Virus record (IMG/VR): IMGVR_UViG_3300042259_000065
DNA: 64,000 bases
Strand: one strand, 5' to 3'
DNA from: a virus
Taxonomy: Duplodnaviria; Heunggongvirae; Uroviricota; Caudoviricetes
Shown one piece after another: positions 37,529-46,914 of this stretch. Numbering within the stretch: position 1 is the stretch's first letter; each line of letters begins with the position of its first letter. Made by a program: the position numbers and the translations under genes. A model generated the notes under the pieces. That model made no database searches and had not been told where the DNA came from. It saw only the letters and a program-made list of their open reading frames with translations.

Positions 37529-37744
37529 ATGAAGAAAGAAACTTTTATTAAGATGATTAACAATCCACCACAAGGTGCAACACATTACCGAAAGTTTAAA
37601 AGTCACGTTGTATTCTATCGCAATGTTGACAATAGTTTTGGAAGTTACGATACACTCGATTGGTATGCTGATGAAGATTACCCAGATGAGCAATGGTGTA
37701 CTTGGAGAAGTTTTCCGAATTACTCTAAACTAACCAAATTATAA
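37529..37744 (+). CDS. Hypothetical protein
   Basis: 71-aa ORF with a strong RBS. Confidence 0.45.
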   Translation: MKKETFIKMINNPPQGATHYRKFKSHVVFYRNVDNSFGSYDTLDWYADEDYPDEQWCTWRSFPNYSKLTKL

Positions 37745-37754
37745 GGATTGACCT

Positions 37755-38057
37755 ATGAAAGAAATGCAACAAATTTACTTACTACTTGGTCGTATCAAGA
37801 ATGAGATACAATGTTTTAGTGTTGAAATCAAGCTTGGTGAATACGAAGATGCTTCTGGTATTTTTGAAAGTCTAGATCTGGTACTCTATTCTGAATTGTT
37901 TGATTATCCTATTGAAGTCAACATTAATCTTAATGAAGAATATTTAAGCAACTTTGATCTTGACATGTGCTTGGAACATCTTAAAATGGAACTTGAAGCT
38001 GGAATTGCTTCAAATGGAAATTATTATCTTTATGATGCATGTAAAACTATCCACTAA
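37755..38057 (+). CDS. Hypothetical protein
   Basis: 100-aa ORF. Confidence 0.45.
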   Translation: MKEMQQIYLLLGRIKNEIQCFSVEIKLGEYEDASGIFESLDLVLYSELFDYPIEVNINLNEEYLSNFDLDMCLEHLKMELEAGIASNGNYYLYDACKTIH

Positions 38058-38062
38058 GGAGA

Positions 38063-38275
38063 TTGATTATGACTACATTAAAAGTTGATAAAGAATTGAA
38101 TATTATAGACTTAGATAGTTTTACACATCGTAAATTAGGTAAGATTGTTGTAAACTCAGAAGGTCTTGCAAAGTTTGAACGTGAGAAGCAACAGGTTGGA
38201 TTTGTGCGTTTACCAATCCGACTCTCTACAGAAGAAGAGGAACAACTTTGCTGGCTATTGAGAGAATACTATTAA
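38063..38275 (+). CDS. Hypothetical protein
   Basis: 70-aa ORF with a GGAG RBS. Confidence 0.4.
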   Translation: MIMTTLKVDKELNIIDLDSFTHRKLGKIVVNSEGLAKFEREKQQVGFVRLPIRLSTEEEEQLCWLLREYY

Positions 38276-38377
38276 AGCTTCTGTAATCGCTTTAGAGAAG
38301 AGTTAGTATATTTAAAGCTCGTAGGACACCAACCAATAGAAGGTATTATACGGAAGCGGATTTGCAATTATATTTAA

Positions 38378-39490
38378 ATGGGGAATTTTATAATGTTGTT
38401 AGCACACAAGATAGAGATACGTCCAACACTTGAGCAAGAACAATTCTTTGAAAGTGCTTGTGGTAGTTCCCGTCATTTATGGAATAACATGGTTGCACAT
38501 TTCTCGAATAAAGAGAATAAGTTTTCGAAGAAATCTGCGAGAGAGTTTTATTACAGTAGTCGTAATGAGTTTACTTGGTACAACGAGTTAAGTACAGAGA
38601 TCTTCCAATCTACTATTGACAATCTTGAAAATGCTTTTAAAGGTTTCTTTAAAAATAAGAAAGGGTTTCCTAAGTTTAAGAAGAAGGGCATCAAAGATTC
38701 CTTTAGAATCTCTCAATCACCTAAATTCTCTGTTGTCGGCAGAGAACTTCGTATAGAGAAATTCAATAAAGTTAAGAGTCTACCTCCTATATCTTTACGA
38801 GAAAAACTTCGATTTACAGGTAAACCTAAACAATTGACAATTAGTAAAACAGGTGGTAAATGGTTTGCATCTGTGTTGGTAGAAGTAGAGTCTGGGTATA
38901 ATCTTAAACAACCTACAAGCAATAAACATGTTGGTATAGATTTGGGTATCAAGGCATTAGTTACCACGTCTGAAGGTGTATGTATTGGAAAATCTAATAG
39001 ACTTTCTAAACAATTAAGTAAACTAGCTAAATTGCAACAAAGACTTGCAAAGCAAAAGAAAGGTAGTAATCGTAGAGCGAAAACCAAGCAAAATATTAGT
39101 AAACTACATTTCTATGTTGCACAACAACGTAAATCATTGTTACATTCAGTAAGTGACTACTTGACATCAGAATATGAAATAATTTGCATGGAAGACTTAG
39201 ATGTCAAAGGTATGCTTGAGAATGGTAACAAGAATTTATCACGTATGATCTCTGATGTTGGTATGTACGAGTTATGTAGACAATTGGAGTATAAATCCTT
39301 CTTAAGAGGATGTAAAGTATTGTTTGTTGACCAATACTTCCCTTCAAGCAAACTGTGTAGTGTTTGTGGTAACATCAAGGAAGACTTAAAACTGTCAGAT
39401 AGAACATACAGTTGTGATTGTGGTTCTAGTATAGATAGAGATTTGAATGCTGCAAGAAATATCTTGACAGAATGTTTGAAACAACTATAA
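38378..39490 (+). CDS. tnpB: TnpB (IS200/IS605-family OrfB, RuvC-like RNA-guided nuclease family)
   Basis: The C-terminus CSVCGNIKEDLKLSDRTYSCDCGSSIDRDLNAARNI is the TnpB zinc-finger plus RuvC-III signature. The N-terminus HKIEIRPTLEQEQFF fits. No tnpA lies nearby. Confidence 0.8.
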   Translation: MGNFIMLLAHKIEIRPTLEQEQFFESACGSSRHLWNNMVAHFSNKENKFSKKSAREFYYSSRNEFTWYNELSTEIFQSTIDNLENAFKGFFKNKKGFPKFKKKGIKDSFRISQSPKFSVVGRELRIEKFNKVKSLPPISLREKLRFTGKPKQLTISKTGGKWFASVLVEVESGYNLKQPTSNKHVGIDLGIKALVTTSEGVCIGKSNRLSKQLSKLAKLQQRLAKQKKGSNRRAKTKQNISKLHFYVAQQRKSLLHSVSDYLTSEYEIICMEDLDVKGMLENGNKNLSRMISDVGMYELCRQLEYKSFLRGCKVLFVDQYFPSSKLCSVCGNIKEDLKLSDRTYSCDCGSSIDRDLNAARNILTECLKQL

Positions 39491-39892
39491 TGTTTTCAGT
39501 GGCGACAGATAACAGCGTCACTATAAAATGCACACCTTGGTGTGAATATGTTGCACTTGTTGCACATTTAGTTATTTGAAGTCTGGAATAAAAATGATAA
39601 AGGTCGTGAGCATCATATTGGTTGGTTCATCAAAGAACAAGACCAACCTTATCACTTTAAGAAAGTACCTTTCACAATTCTGAGTCCTTCTGAGCAAGAG
39701 GAAATTTGTTGGGTGCAGTATAATCTTGAAGATTAATCCGTAAGGACATAGTATGTAGCTTTAGATAGTATCTGTAAGCTCTGTGGTGAAGAATTAATAT
39801 TAACTAAGGTAGTTTATCATCTTAGAGGTTAAAACCTTACCACAAGCTTTACACGTTGTCTGAGAAGTATTATACTTACACTGGAGGTATGT

Positions 39893-40105
39893 ATGAGTAA
39901 ATCTAAATATGAACATTTATGGCAAGGTAATTTCTATGAAGATGACACAACCGCACACTTCTATGGAGAATACCTTTTGGATGAAGAAGTTTGGACAGAA
40001 AGTGGACTGTACCTTTCTGAGTATGATACCAAAATGCCAGATATTCTGGAAGATGTAGAAATTGTTGAAATTGTAGACACTATTATTTGGAGGATGATGA
40101 AATGA
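39893..40105 (+). CDS. Hypothetical acidic protein
   Basis: 70-aa ORF with a GGAGG RBS. Confidence 0.4.
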   Translation: MSKSKYEHLWQGNFYEDDTTAHFYGEYLLDEEVWTESGLYLSEYDTKMPDILEDVEIVEIVDTIIWRMMK

Positions 40106-40287
40106 GCAAAGATTACATTAACCTAAAATTATCTTACAGCAAAGATAACTTGATTGACGAAGAATCTCTGCAGAAGTATTACGATGGTGATATTATTGCT
40201 TATTTGAAAGAGTTTCTTGCAGATGATGGAAAGTTTGAATTTATAGATTGGTTTGAAATTGAAGATATGGAGGAAAGTAATGGATAA
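40087..40287 (+). CDS. Hypothetical acidic protein
   Basis: 66-aa ORF. Confidence 0.4.
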   Translation: MEDDEMSKDYINLKLSYSKDNLIDEESLQKYYDGDIIAYLKEFLADDGKFEFIDWFEIEDMEESNG

Positions 40288-40418
40288 TTTTGATTATAAA
40301 TTATTAATTTTGATTGGAGTTTACTTGTGTGGATTTGTGAGTGGGTTGCTCTATTGATTTATTGTTTAATTTGTTATACAATTAATTTAGATATTAATGA
40401 ACCAAGACAGAGGATATT

Positions 40419-40793
40419 ATGAAATATAAAACTTCTGATGAAGTATTTAATGCTTTAGATGGTGGACAATTGAAGAGATCATCCGCATTAGCTTGTAAAA
40501 GTAGAGCTAAATCTAAAGGGGATATGATAATGTTTAATATATACGCAGAAGGAATCTCTAAGTTTGATAGTCATAAAAGTACATTAGTATGTTCTTATTA
40601 TAATAAACCAATTGACCATCTGACTGCTTACCAATTAGTTAAATTGTATGACTATGATCCTAGACTGTTCACTAATAATCATCTTATTAGATACAACATA
40701 CTCATGATAGGAGATGATGACAATACCTTAGTGAAAGACTATAAAGGTAGTATATTGGTACATGTATATGATATGGACAGAGACATAGAATAG
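40419..40793 (+). CDS. Hypothetical protein
   Basis: 124-aa ORF with an AGAGGA RBS. Confidence 0.45.
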   Translation: MKYKTSDEVFNALDGGQLKRSSALACKSRAKSKGDMIMFNIYAEGISKFDSHKSTLVCSYYNKPIDHLTAYQLVKLYDYDPRLFTNNHLIRYNILMIGDDDNTLVKDYKGSILVHVYDMDRDIE

Positions 40794-40881
40794 TAATTCT
40801 ATAGATATACCGTTAACAAACCAAATAATCAAAATTATCTAAGATATTCAATAGTTTATCTACACTTAATCGGAGAAAACC

Positions 40882-41061
40882 ATGCGAATCTATGTATATG
40901 ATACCAATATAGAGTTGGTAAATAGATTAGCCAAGGTGTACAAAACCACACCAACAAAACTTATCAACTTTTTAATTAACGATTTAGACAGAATTAGCCA
41001 AGATAAAGAGGCAACTGCATATGATTTATTTAAAGACCTTATCAATCGAGAAACAAGATGA
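40882..41061 (+). CDS. Small protein, possible ribbon-helix-helix-like regulator (59 aa, below the track cutoff)
   Basis: MRIYVYDTNIELVNRLAKVYKTTPTKLINFLI is a strand-helix pattern typical of RHH/Arc-like proteins. A GGAGAAAACC RBS lies upstream. Confidence 0.25.
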   Translation: MRIYVYDTNIELVNRLAKVYKTTPTKLINFLINDLDRISQDKEATAYDLFKDLINRETR

Positions 41062-42334
41062 TATAAGGATTTTAGTAGGTAGTTCTTACCTAGATTTACA
41101 TTTTAGGAAAACGCACAAAGTATTCAACAAAGTTATGGGCGTGTTATTGAAAGATGTTGGTATTAAATTCAAAGAAGAACTGTCTACATTGTTGTACAAC
41201 TCTATCTCTGCACTTAAGAGAATGGATAAAGGATTATACCTTTCAAGAAACAACATAACCTACACTAACTTTAACAAGAATAACCCTGAATATAAACCTA
41301 TTTCTTGGAGAAAAATTAAATCTCTTTTAGAGGTACTTGAAAATTTAGGATATATCACAAACTATTCAGGCTACAATGACAAGATACAAGGTTTATCTAT
41401 GTCTAGCTGTATTGTGTTTTCTGATAAATTTATTTCTATGTTTGATCATAAAGATATAGACACTTTCGGAAGGGTTATTGTACACAAGAAAGCTGTAGTA
41501 CGTGAAAAGCTTGATTATGACTTGGTTGTTGAAATTAAAAACGTTCAAGGTATAGGTAAGAAACAAAAAGAAATATTGGAAATACAACAATGGTTGGATA
41601 CCCATAGATTCAAATTTGTAACATGTGAGAAAAAGGTTGACTTACAAAGAATATTCCTTGAAGATTTGACAAAATCAGGGAGGGTGTATTTTGGTGGACT
41701 ACAATGCATTGAGCGCACCAGACGTAGATTGTACGAGATAAATGACGTAAAGGTTTCTGAATATGATTTTGATAGTAATCATATGTTTATTTGTGCAGAG
41801 TTGGAAAGAGTAATCCTACCAGAAGATTTCAAACCTTATGAAATAGATGTTAGCGATCTTATCCAATGTGATGATATCAAAAAGATACGCACCATACTGA
41901 AATTTTGCTGTATGTTTCTATTGAATTCTGGGACACCTGAGGCTACATTCAAGAAGTTTTGGAAATCCCATATCAAGCTCATTGATGAAGCGGTAAAGGT
42001 TGGTGATTACAAGAGTGCTGAGAAGAATATATTCTATGGAGTTTCTGGATTGAAGAATACTAAAGCAGTGATAAAACGTCTAGAGGGACACAACTCTTTT
42101 GCCAAAAACTACTTCAGAATTAAAGGTGGTTGTTGGGAATATCTGCAAAACATAGACTCTAACATTATGTTGAAAATTATGCAAAAGATGAAAGACCTTG
42201 ATTCTCCATTTCTCCCATATCATGACAGTATTGTTGTTTACAAAGATAATGATATTGTGATAGATTTAATGAAAGAGTCTTGGAGAGAAGTTTTAGGTTC
42301 TAACAATAACTGCAGGGTCAGTAAGAAATATTAA
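41021..42334 (+). CDS. Large hypothetical protein (437 aa)
   Basis: Long ORF with no recognised motif. Confidence 0.5.
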   Translation: MIYLKTLSIEKQDDIRILVGSSYLDLHFRKTHKVFNKVMGVLLKDVGIKFKEELSTLLYNSISALKRMDKGLYLSRNNITYTNFNKNNPEYKPISWRKIKSLLEVLENLGYITNYSGYNDKIQGLSMSSCIVFSDKFISMFDHKDIDTFGRVIVHKKAVVREKLDYDLVVEIKNVQGIGKKQKEILEIQQWLDTHRFKFVTCEKKVDLQRIFLEDLTKSGRVYFGGLQCIERTRRRLYEINDVKVSEYDFDSNHMFICAELERVILPEDFKPYEIDVSDLIQCDDIKKIRTILKFCCMFLLNSGTPEATFKKFWKSHIKLIDEAVKVGDYKSAEKNIFYGVSGLKNTKAVIKRLEGHNSFAKNYFRIKGGCWEYLQNIDSNIMLKIMQKMKDLDSPFLPYHDSIVVYKDNDIVIDLMKESWREVLGSNNNCRVSKKY

Positions 42335-42344
42335 GGAGAAATAA

Positions 42345-42575
42345 ATGAACAAATACATTATCACCAATAAAGCTTCACCTGTTGCAGAATATGCTTGCAT
42401 CTCAGTAGATACTTTCTGTAATGAAGAACAACCTTCACACGAGTATGCTTTTTCATATACAGAAAACCTTTTTGATGCAACTAAATTCTTGTGCATCAAC
42501 GATGCTTTTGTTATGATTGGAGAAGTTTGTCCTAATCCAGAAGATTGGGATGTTATTTTGTTTGAGGAGGAATAA
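42345..42575 (+). CDS. Hypothetical protein
   Basis: 76-aa ORF with a GGAG RBS. Confidence 0.4.
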   Translation: MNKYIITNKASPVAEYACISVDTFCNEEQPSHEYAFSYTENLFDATKFLCINDAFVMIGEVCPNPEDWDVILFEEE

Positions 42576-42726
42576 TATGAATAAAGATAAAATGCTGCAG
42601 ATTGTTTTTTACAAATTAGCAGACTTGAAGAGAAATTACACAAGTTCCCGTGGTATCCTGTTGGAGTAGGGTTCAGTATTGCAAGCCTATTTTGGGGAAT
42701 CATGTTTATGATTTTTGGAGGGTGAT

Positions 42727-42885
42727 ATGGTACTACTACTTGGAGAACGCAAAGTCCGTTTCTGGAATGGTGATAAATTTGTATTATATCGTGTCGATAA
42801 AGGTTTGTGGAGATTTGCAGAAGATGAATCGGATTCAACATGGATTCCTGCACAAATTGAAGATGAGATTAAGGAGTGGGAATGA
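42727..42885 (+). CDS. Small hypothetical protein (52 aa, below the track cutoff)
   Basis: ATG follows GGAGGGTGA, and the stop overlaps the next start (ATGA). This is in-sequence evidence of coupling. Confidence 0.3.
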   Translation: MVLLLGERKVRFWNGDKFVLYRVDKGLWRFAEDESDSTWIPAQIEDEIKEWE

Positions 42886-43082
42886 ATATCAACATAAATT
42901 GTATTTACAATGATAAAGGTGCTTGGTGTAAAAATGAGAATGTACCTAAAAGCTTCTTTGGTATTGGATCACGTTGTTGCAAAGAATTCAATGGTTGTGA
43001 AAAGTGTGAGTTTAAAGAGGAACATACCCGTGCTAAAGCACCACCTCCACCACCAAAACCTTTGAAGATTAGGGGAGAATAG
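42882..43082 (+). CDS. Cys-rich small protein (zinc-binding-like)
   Basis: CIYNDKGAWC...CCKEFNGCEKC; the C-terminus is proline-rich. Confidence 0.4.
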   Translation: MNININCIYNDKGAWCKNENVPKSFFGIGSRCCKEFNGCEKCEFKEEHTRAKAPPPPPKPLKIRGE

Positions 43083-43346
43083 AATGACTTTACTACAAGA
43101 ACTCATGCAAGACTTAGAATACTTGCAAGCAAAGATTAATTATGCTATAAAAGAACATCCTGAGTATACAGAATATTTAGTTGATGCAAAGGAACGTCTT
43201 GAAGAAGCAGATAGTATGATTTATATGGCATTGATGGATTAACTTCTCACAAGCTCTTAGAGAAGATTTGATATTTACTAAGGTGATTATCCATTTTAAA
43301 GGTTAAAACGTCTGAGAAAGGCTCTCAGTTAGAAATAGGAGGTATT

Positions 43347-43607
43347 ATGGATATAATTTTAATTGTATTGACATTACTCGTAGTTGTAGATATATTCTGC
43401 ATATTATTACTACAAAAGTACAAAATTGTTAAACACGAACACCATGAAAATTTGTACATACCTAAGAAAAGGTTCTTCTTAAACTTTTACAAAACTCTAC
43501 CTGTTAAAAGATATTGCCTTAGTATGTGGGATATTTATTGTAAGGAAAACAGTCTCTGTACATGGCGTGAGGCAGAAAGAGTGATCAGAGAGGATAAACT
43601 TAAATGA
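43347..43607 (+). CDS. Small membrane protein
   Basis: The N-terminus IILIVLTLLVVVDIFCILLL is hydrophobic. Confidence 0.4.
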   Translation: MDIILIVLTLLVVVDIFCILLLQKYKIVKHEHHENLYIPKKRFFLNFYKTLPVKRYCLSMWDIYCKENSLCTWREAERVIREDKLK

Positions 43608-43837
43608 CAACACATGAATTAGCAAGACAATTACTTGCACTAAAAGACGTACCTATTGTACATTTGCATACACATTTTGATTATGTAGATAATTTTGTGC
43701 AAGTAAATACTATTGGAATCAATCTTCTTGAAGAAAATGGAGTCTTGCAAGAAGTAGGGCTTTATCCAGAAAAGTTGATTCGTGAAGAGGGCGGTTTTGG
43801 TGTGATTGACCATACTTTGGAGGAGAATTGTGATTGA
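43604..43837 (+). CDS. Hypothetical protein
   Basis: 77-aa ORF. Confidence 0.4.
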   Translation: MTTHELARQLLALKDVPIVHLHTHFDYVDNFVQVNTIGINLLEENGVLQEVGLYPEKLIREEGGFGVIDHTLEENCD

Positions 43838-45239
43838 TGAAAAGTTGCAGAGTGTTAATGATTTAATTGCTTCAGCATCAGTACCTTTGAATGAAAAACA
43901 ACAAATGTTTTTACACAAATTCATTTCAAGCAACAGGCATGGAATTCTCCAAGGTATTGCTGGTGTTGGAAAAGGGGAGATGATTAAACTTCTCAAAAAG
44001 TGGTATGGTGAAGAGTTAGCTGTTTTCTGTAGTACAGGGGTAGCTTCCCAAAACTTATCTTGCTCATATGGGACAGCACACGCTTATCTTTCACTACCAA
44101 TTAAACCTGCTACAGAGTATGACTACAAGAAAGTTTCTTCCAAATCTTCAGGTTTATTAGGTGGTTCAGATAAGATTAAGATTATTTTGATAGATGAAGC
44201 TTTCTTATTGAACTCTGATAATCTAGATGTTATTTGGAGGAGATTGGAAAGGTTTAATCGAAAATACCGTAAACGTAAGAAGCGTAATATTCGTTTAGTC
44301 TTGGTAGGTGATACAGGACAATCTGTAACTATTGCAGATGATGATTTGAAGGCTGAACTAAAATCTCGATGGGGTTCACATTTGATGTTTGAATCGTCTG
44401 TATGGGGTAGATTTAATTTTGAGTACTATGTTCTAGATAAAGTCGAGCGCCAAGAAGATAAAGTTTTCAAAGCTTGCCTTGATGTGATCAGATACAACCA
44501 GAAAGAACGTTTTGATAAATGCTTCAAGTGGTTAAATAAACGTCAAAGCAATCAATATAACCCTGAGTGGATTTATCTTGCAGCTACCAATAAACAAGTT
44601 GATAGTATTAACGAAAGTGTGTTAAACAATAACCCAAATGAAAAGTTTCATTTTCCTGCTTTAATACAAGGCGATTTCAATATCAAAGACACTTTGGTAA
44701 GAGAAAATGGGGTGACTATTTGTAAAGGTTTGAAAGTTATGACAATCACCAATGAAGAATATGGTAGATGGAGTAATGGTAGCACAGGAATTGTAACTCT
44801 TGCGGATAGTGAAGGTTGTTATATTAAGTTTGACCACTCAGGAAAAGAAGAATATGTAACTTTAAACGAATGGCAAAACAAAGAAGTCTACACAGAAGAT
44901 GTTGTTGATAAAGAATCTGGTGAAATCACAACCAAAGTTAAAGAGAAAATTCTTGGTTCTATGGTGTGTCTGCCTGTACTACCTAGTTCAAGTATTTCCA
45001 TTATGAAGTCACAAGGGCTTACAATTAGCACAGATTATATTATTGACCTTGGAGAAGATTACTTATACACTTGGAAAAAGATGGGAGACTTTGCGACAAA
45101 CTTTTTGTATCTTGGATTAAGTAGAGGTGTTGACATTAACAAAATTCACCTTAAACAGCAAGTTAAACCTTTTCATGTGAAAGTATCTGAGGAATCAATT
45201 AAATTTTGGAAATATTGTAAGGAGAAGAGTTTGATATGA
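43806..45239 (+). CDS. Dda/RecD-like SF1 helicase
   Basis: The Walker-A region GIAGVGKGEM, Walker-B-like ILIDEAF, and SIMKSQGLTIS (motif V/VI) are laid out as in T4 Dda. Confidence 0.6.
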   Translation: MTILWRRIVIDEKLQSVNDLIASASVPLNEKQQMFLHKFISSNRHGILQGIAGVGKGEMIKLLKKWYGEELAVFCSTGVASQNLSCSYGTAHAYLSLPIKPATEYDYKKVSSKSSGLLGGSDKIKIILIDEAFLLNSDNLDVIWRRLERFNRKYRKRKKRNIRLVLVGDTGQSVTIADDDLKAELKSRWGSHLMFESSVWGRFNFEYYVLDKVERQEDKVFKACLDVIRYNQKERFDKCFKWLNKRQSNQYNPEWIYLAATNKQVDSINESVLNNNPNEKFHFPALIQGDFNIKDTLVRENGVTICKGLKVMTITNEEYGRWSNGSTGIVTLADSEGCYIKFDHSGKEEYVTLNEWQNKEVYTEDVVDKESGEITTKVKEKILGSMVCLPVLPSSSISIMKSQGLTISTDYIIDLGEDYLYTWKKMGDFATNFLYLGLSRGVDINKIHLKQQVKPFHVKVSEESIKFWKYCKEKSLI

Positions 45240-45880
45240 GTAAAAGATTAGTTTTTGGGGTAGGCATAAACAATGCTGATTATAAACAGGAGGAAAGGAT
45301 TAGATGGAAAACTGAAGACGGTATTAATAAATCTAAACTTTTATGGCAATGTCCTTACCATTTAAAATGGCACAACATCTTACAAAGATGTTACTCTCCA
45401 GCCTATCATAAACTTAAGGAAACTTACAGGGATTGTTACATATGTGATGAATGGAAATTATTCTCAAACTTTAAGGCATGGATGGAATTACAAGATTGGG
45501 AGAATAAAGTGCTTGATAAAGATTTACTTATAGAGAATAATAAAGAGTATTCACCGGATACTTGTATCTTTATAAGCAGAGATTTAAATACATTCCTAAC
45601 CCTTAGTGATAAGACTAGAGGTAATTATCCTATAGGTGTGAACTATTACAGGTGGAATAATTCTTTCAGGGCGGGTATTTGTTATAAAGGTAAGTCTAAA
45701 AGTTTAGGATACTTTAGCACTCCAGAGGAAGCACATTTGCAATGGCAAAAAGCTAAATTGGATAGGGTTATAGAGTTTATAGATGATACAACAGAAGATA
45801 GAGTTCTATTCGGGTTGAATAGGATAAAATTAAAGTTAGAACACGACATTAAATATGGACTGGAGACTAAAGATTTATGA
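45236..45880 (+). CDS. Homing-endonuclease-like protein with AP2-type domain; paralog of 13692..14168
   Basis: LQRCYSPAYHKLKETYRDCYICDEWKLFSNFKAWM, then an AP2-like YKGKSKSLGYFSTPEEAHLQWQ. Confidence 0.5.
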   Translation: MSKRLVFGVGINNADYKQEERIRWKTEDGINKSKLLWQCPYHLKWHNILQRCYSPAYHKLKETYRDCYICDEWKLFSNFKAWMELQDWENKVLDKDLLIENNKEYSPDTCIFISRDLNTFLTLSDKTRGNYPIGVNYYRWNNSFRAGICYKGKSKSLGYFSTPEEAHLQWQKAKLDRVIEFIDDTTEDRVLFGLNRIKLKLEHDIKYGLETKDL

Positions 45881-45949
45881 ACCAAACAGAAAAAGGTTTC
45901 AGAGAAGAATTCTCATTCTTATCAAACTTTACATATTTCGAAAAAACCA

Positions 45950-46324
45950 ATGTTTTACTTTGGACTAACCTTTACCACAAATGAACACTTTTACCAAGCA
46001 ATGAAATTTGATAAAGGTAGTGTACATAGGAAAGAGATATCTAATCACCCAAGCAAAGGTTTGAAGAAATATGTCAATTCTCTCAAACATGAATGGAGAT
46101 CGGATTGGGATGAAGTTAAAATCAATGTTATGGAATATAGTTTAAGATATAAGTTCTCTGAACATAACCCAATTCTACGTCAAAAACTCATCGAGACTAG
46201 AGATGTAGAACTTGTAGAAATGAATTGGTGGAATGATATCTTTTGGGGTGTAAGTCTTAAAACTAATGAAGGTGAAAACAATCTTGGTAAATTACTTATG
46301 AAAATCAGAGAGGAGATTTCATGA
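45950..46324 (+). CDS. NADAR (YbiA-like) domain protein; the N-terminus looks short
   Basis: NEHFYQAMKF, W..VK..VM...L.YKF..HN..LRQKL..T, and WGVSLKTNEGENNLGKLLMKIR match the NADAR signature. The family N-terminal segment (~25 aa) appears to be missing. Confidence 0.55.
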   Translation: MFYFGLTFTTNEHFYQAMKFDKGSVHRKEISNHPSKGLKKYVNSLKHEWRSDWDEVKINVMEYSLRYKFSEHNPILRQKLIETRDVELVEMNWWNDIFWGVSLKTNEGENNLGKLLMKIREEIS

Positions 46325-46605
46325 AACTTAAAATCTATTACCGAAAGAACTTAAAACTTTCACCACAAAAACTTGCTGCAGTATGTACACATATTGGCAA
46401 AGAGTTGGGTAAAGTTTGTGGATACACATATGCTTGGGAAGATAAGGTTGTTATCCTTACAGCAAGTGATAAGAAGTTCGAAGAGTATAAGGATAATTGT
46501 CGTAATAATAGTGGTGTTTTATATCATATTCATATTGACAGAGGTTTTACAGAAGTAGAACCTAATACAGAGTGTGCAATCGGTTGGATTGAGGAAGATG
46601 AATAA
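46321..46605 (+). CDS. Hypothetical protein
   Basis: 94-aa ORF. Confidence 0.45.
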   Translation: MKLKIYYRKNLKLSPQKLAAVCTHIGKELGKVCGYTYAWEDKVVILTASDKKFEEYKDNCRNNSGVLYHIHIDRGFTEVEPNTECAIGWIEEDE

Positions 46606-46914
46606 ATGACAATTAAACTTAAAGCAACACATTCTCAAGAAGTCACAGTTTCTGTCACAAAGTTGGAACTTCTTCATCAAGCAAAACAAAATCTTGATGA
46701 AAAGGATATTTACTCGTTGACAAAACATAAACTTTATCAGAAAATTAACCTTCCACAAGAGGCTTTCATCAAAGATGGGAAATGGTTTGTGGAAGGGGAA
46801 CTTTATTCATCACATTCATTTACTACAAATAAATACTTGCGTAATGTGGAAGAAAGTGATAAAGTTGTTTTGAAAGTGTTAGATGATTTGAAGGAGGTAC
46901 TTGATTTTGAATAA
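46606..46914 (+). CDS. Hypothetical protein
   Basis: 102-aa ORF. Confidence 0.45.
   Translation: MTIKLKATHSQEVTVSVTKLELLHQAKQNLDEKDIYSLTKHKLYQKINLPQEAFIKDGKWFVEGELYSSHSFTTNKYLRNVEESDKVVLKVLDDLKEVLDFE

Noticed and set aside
38713-39378. Minus-strand ORFs inside tnpB (38713..39087, 39157..39378), in other rightward genes (42293..42853, 58832..59215), and the antisense ORF 62269..62778 in the scaffold gene
   Set aside because: They are antisense to motif-supported genes and break the co-directional operon structure.
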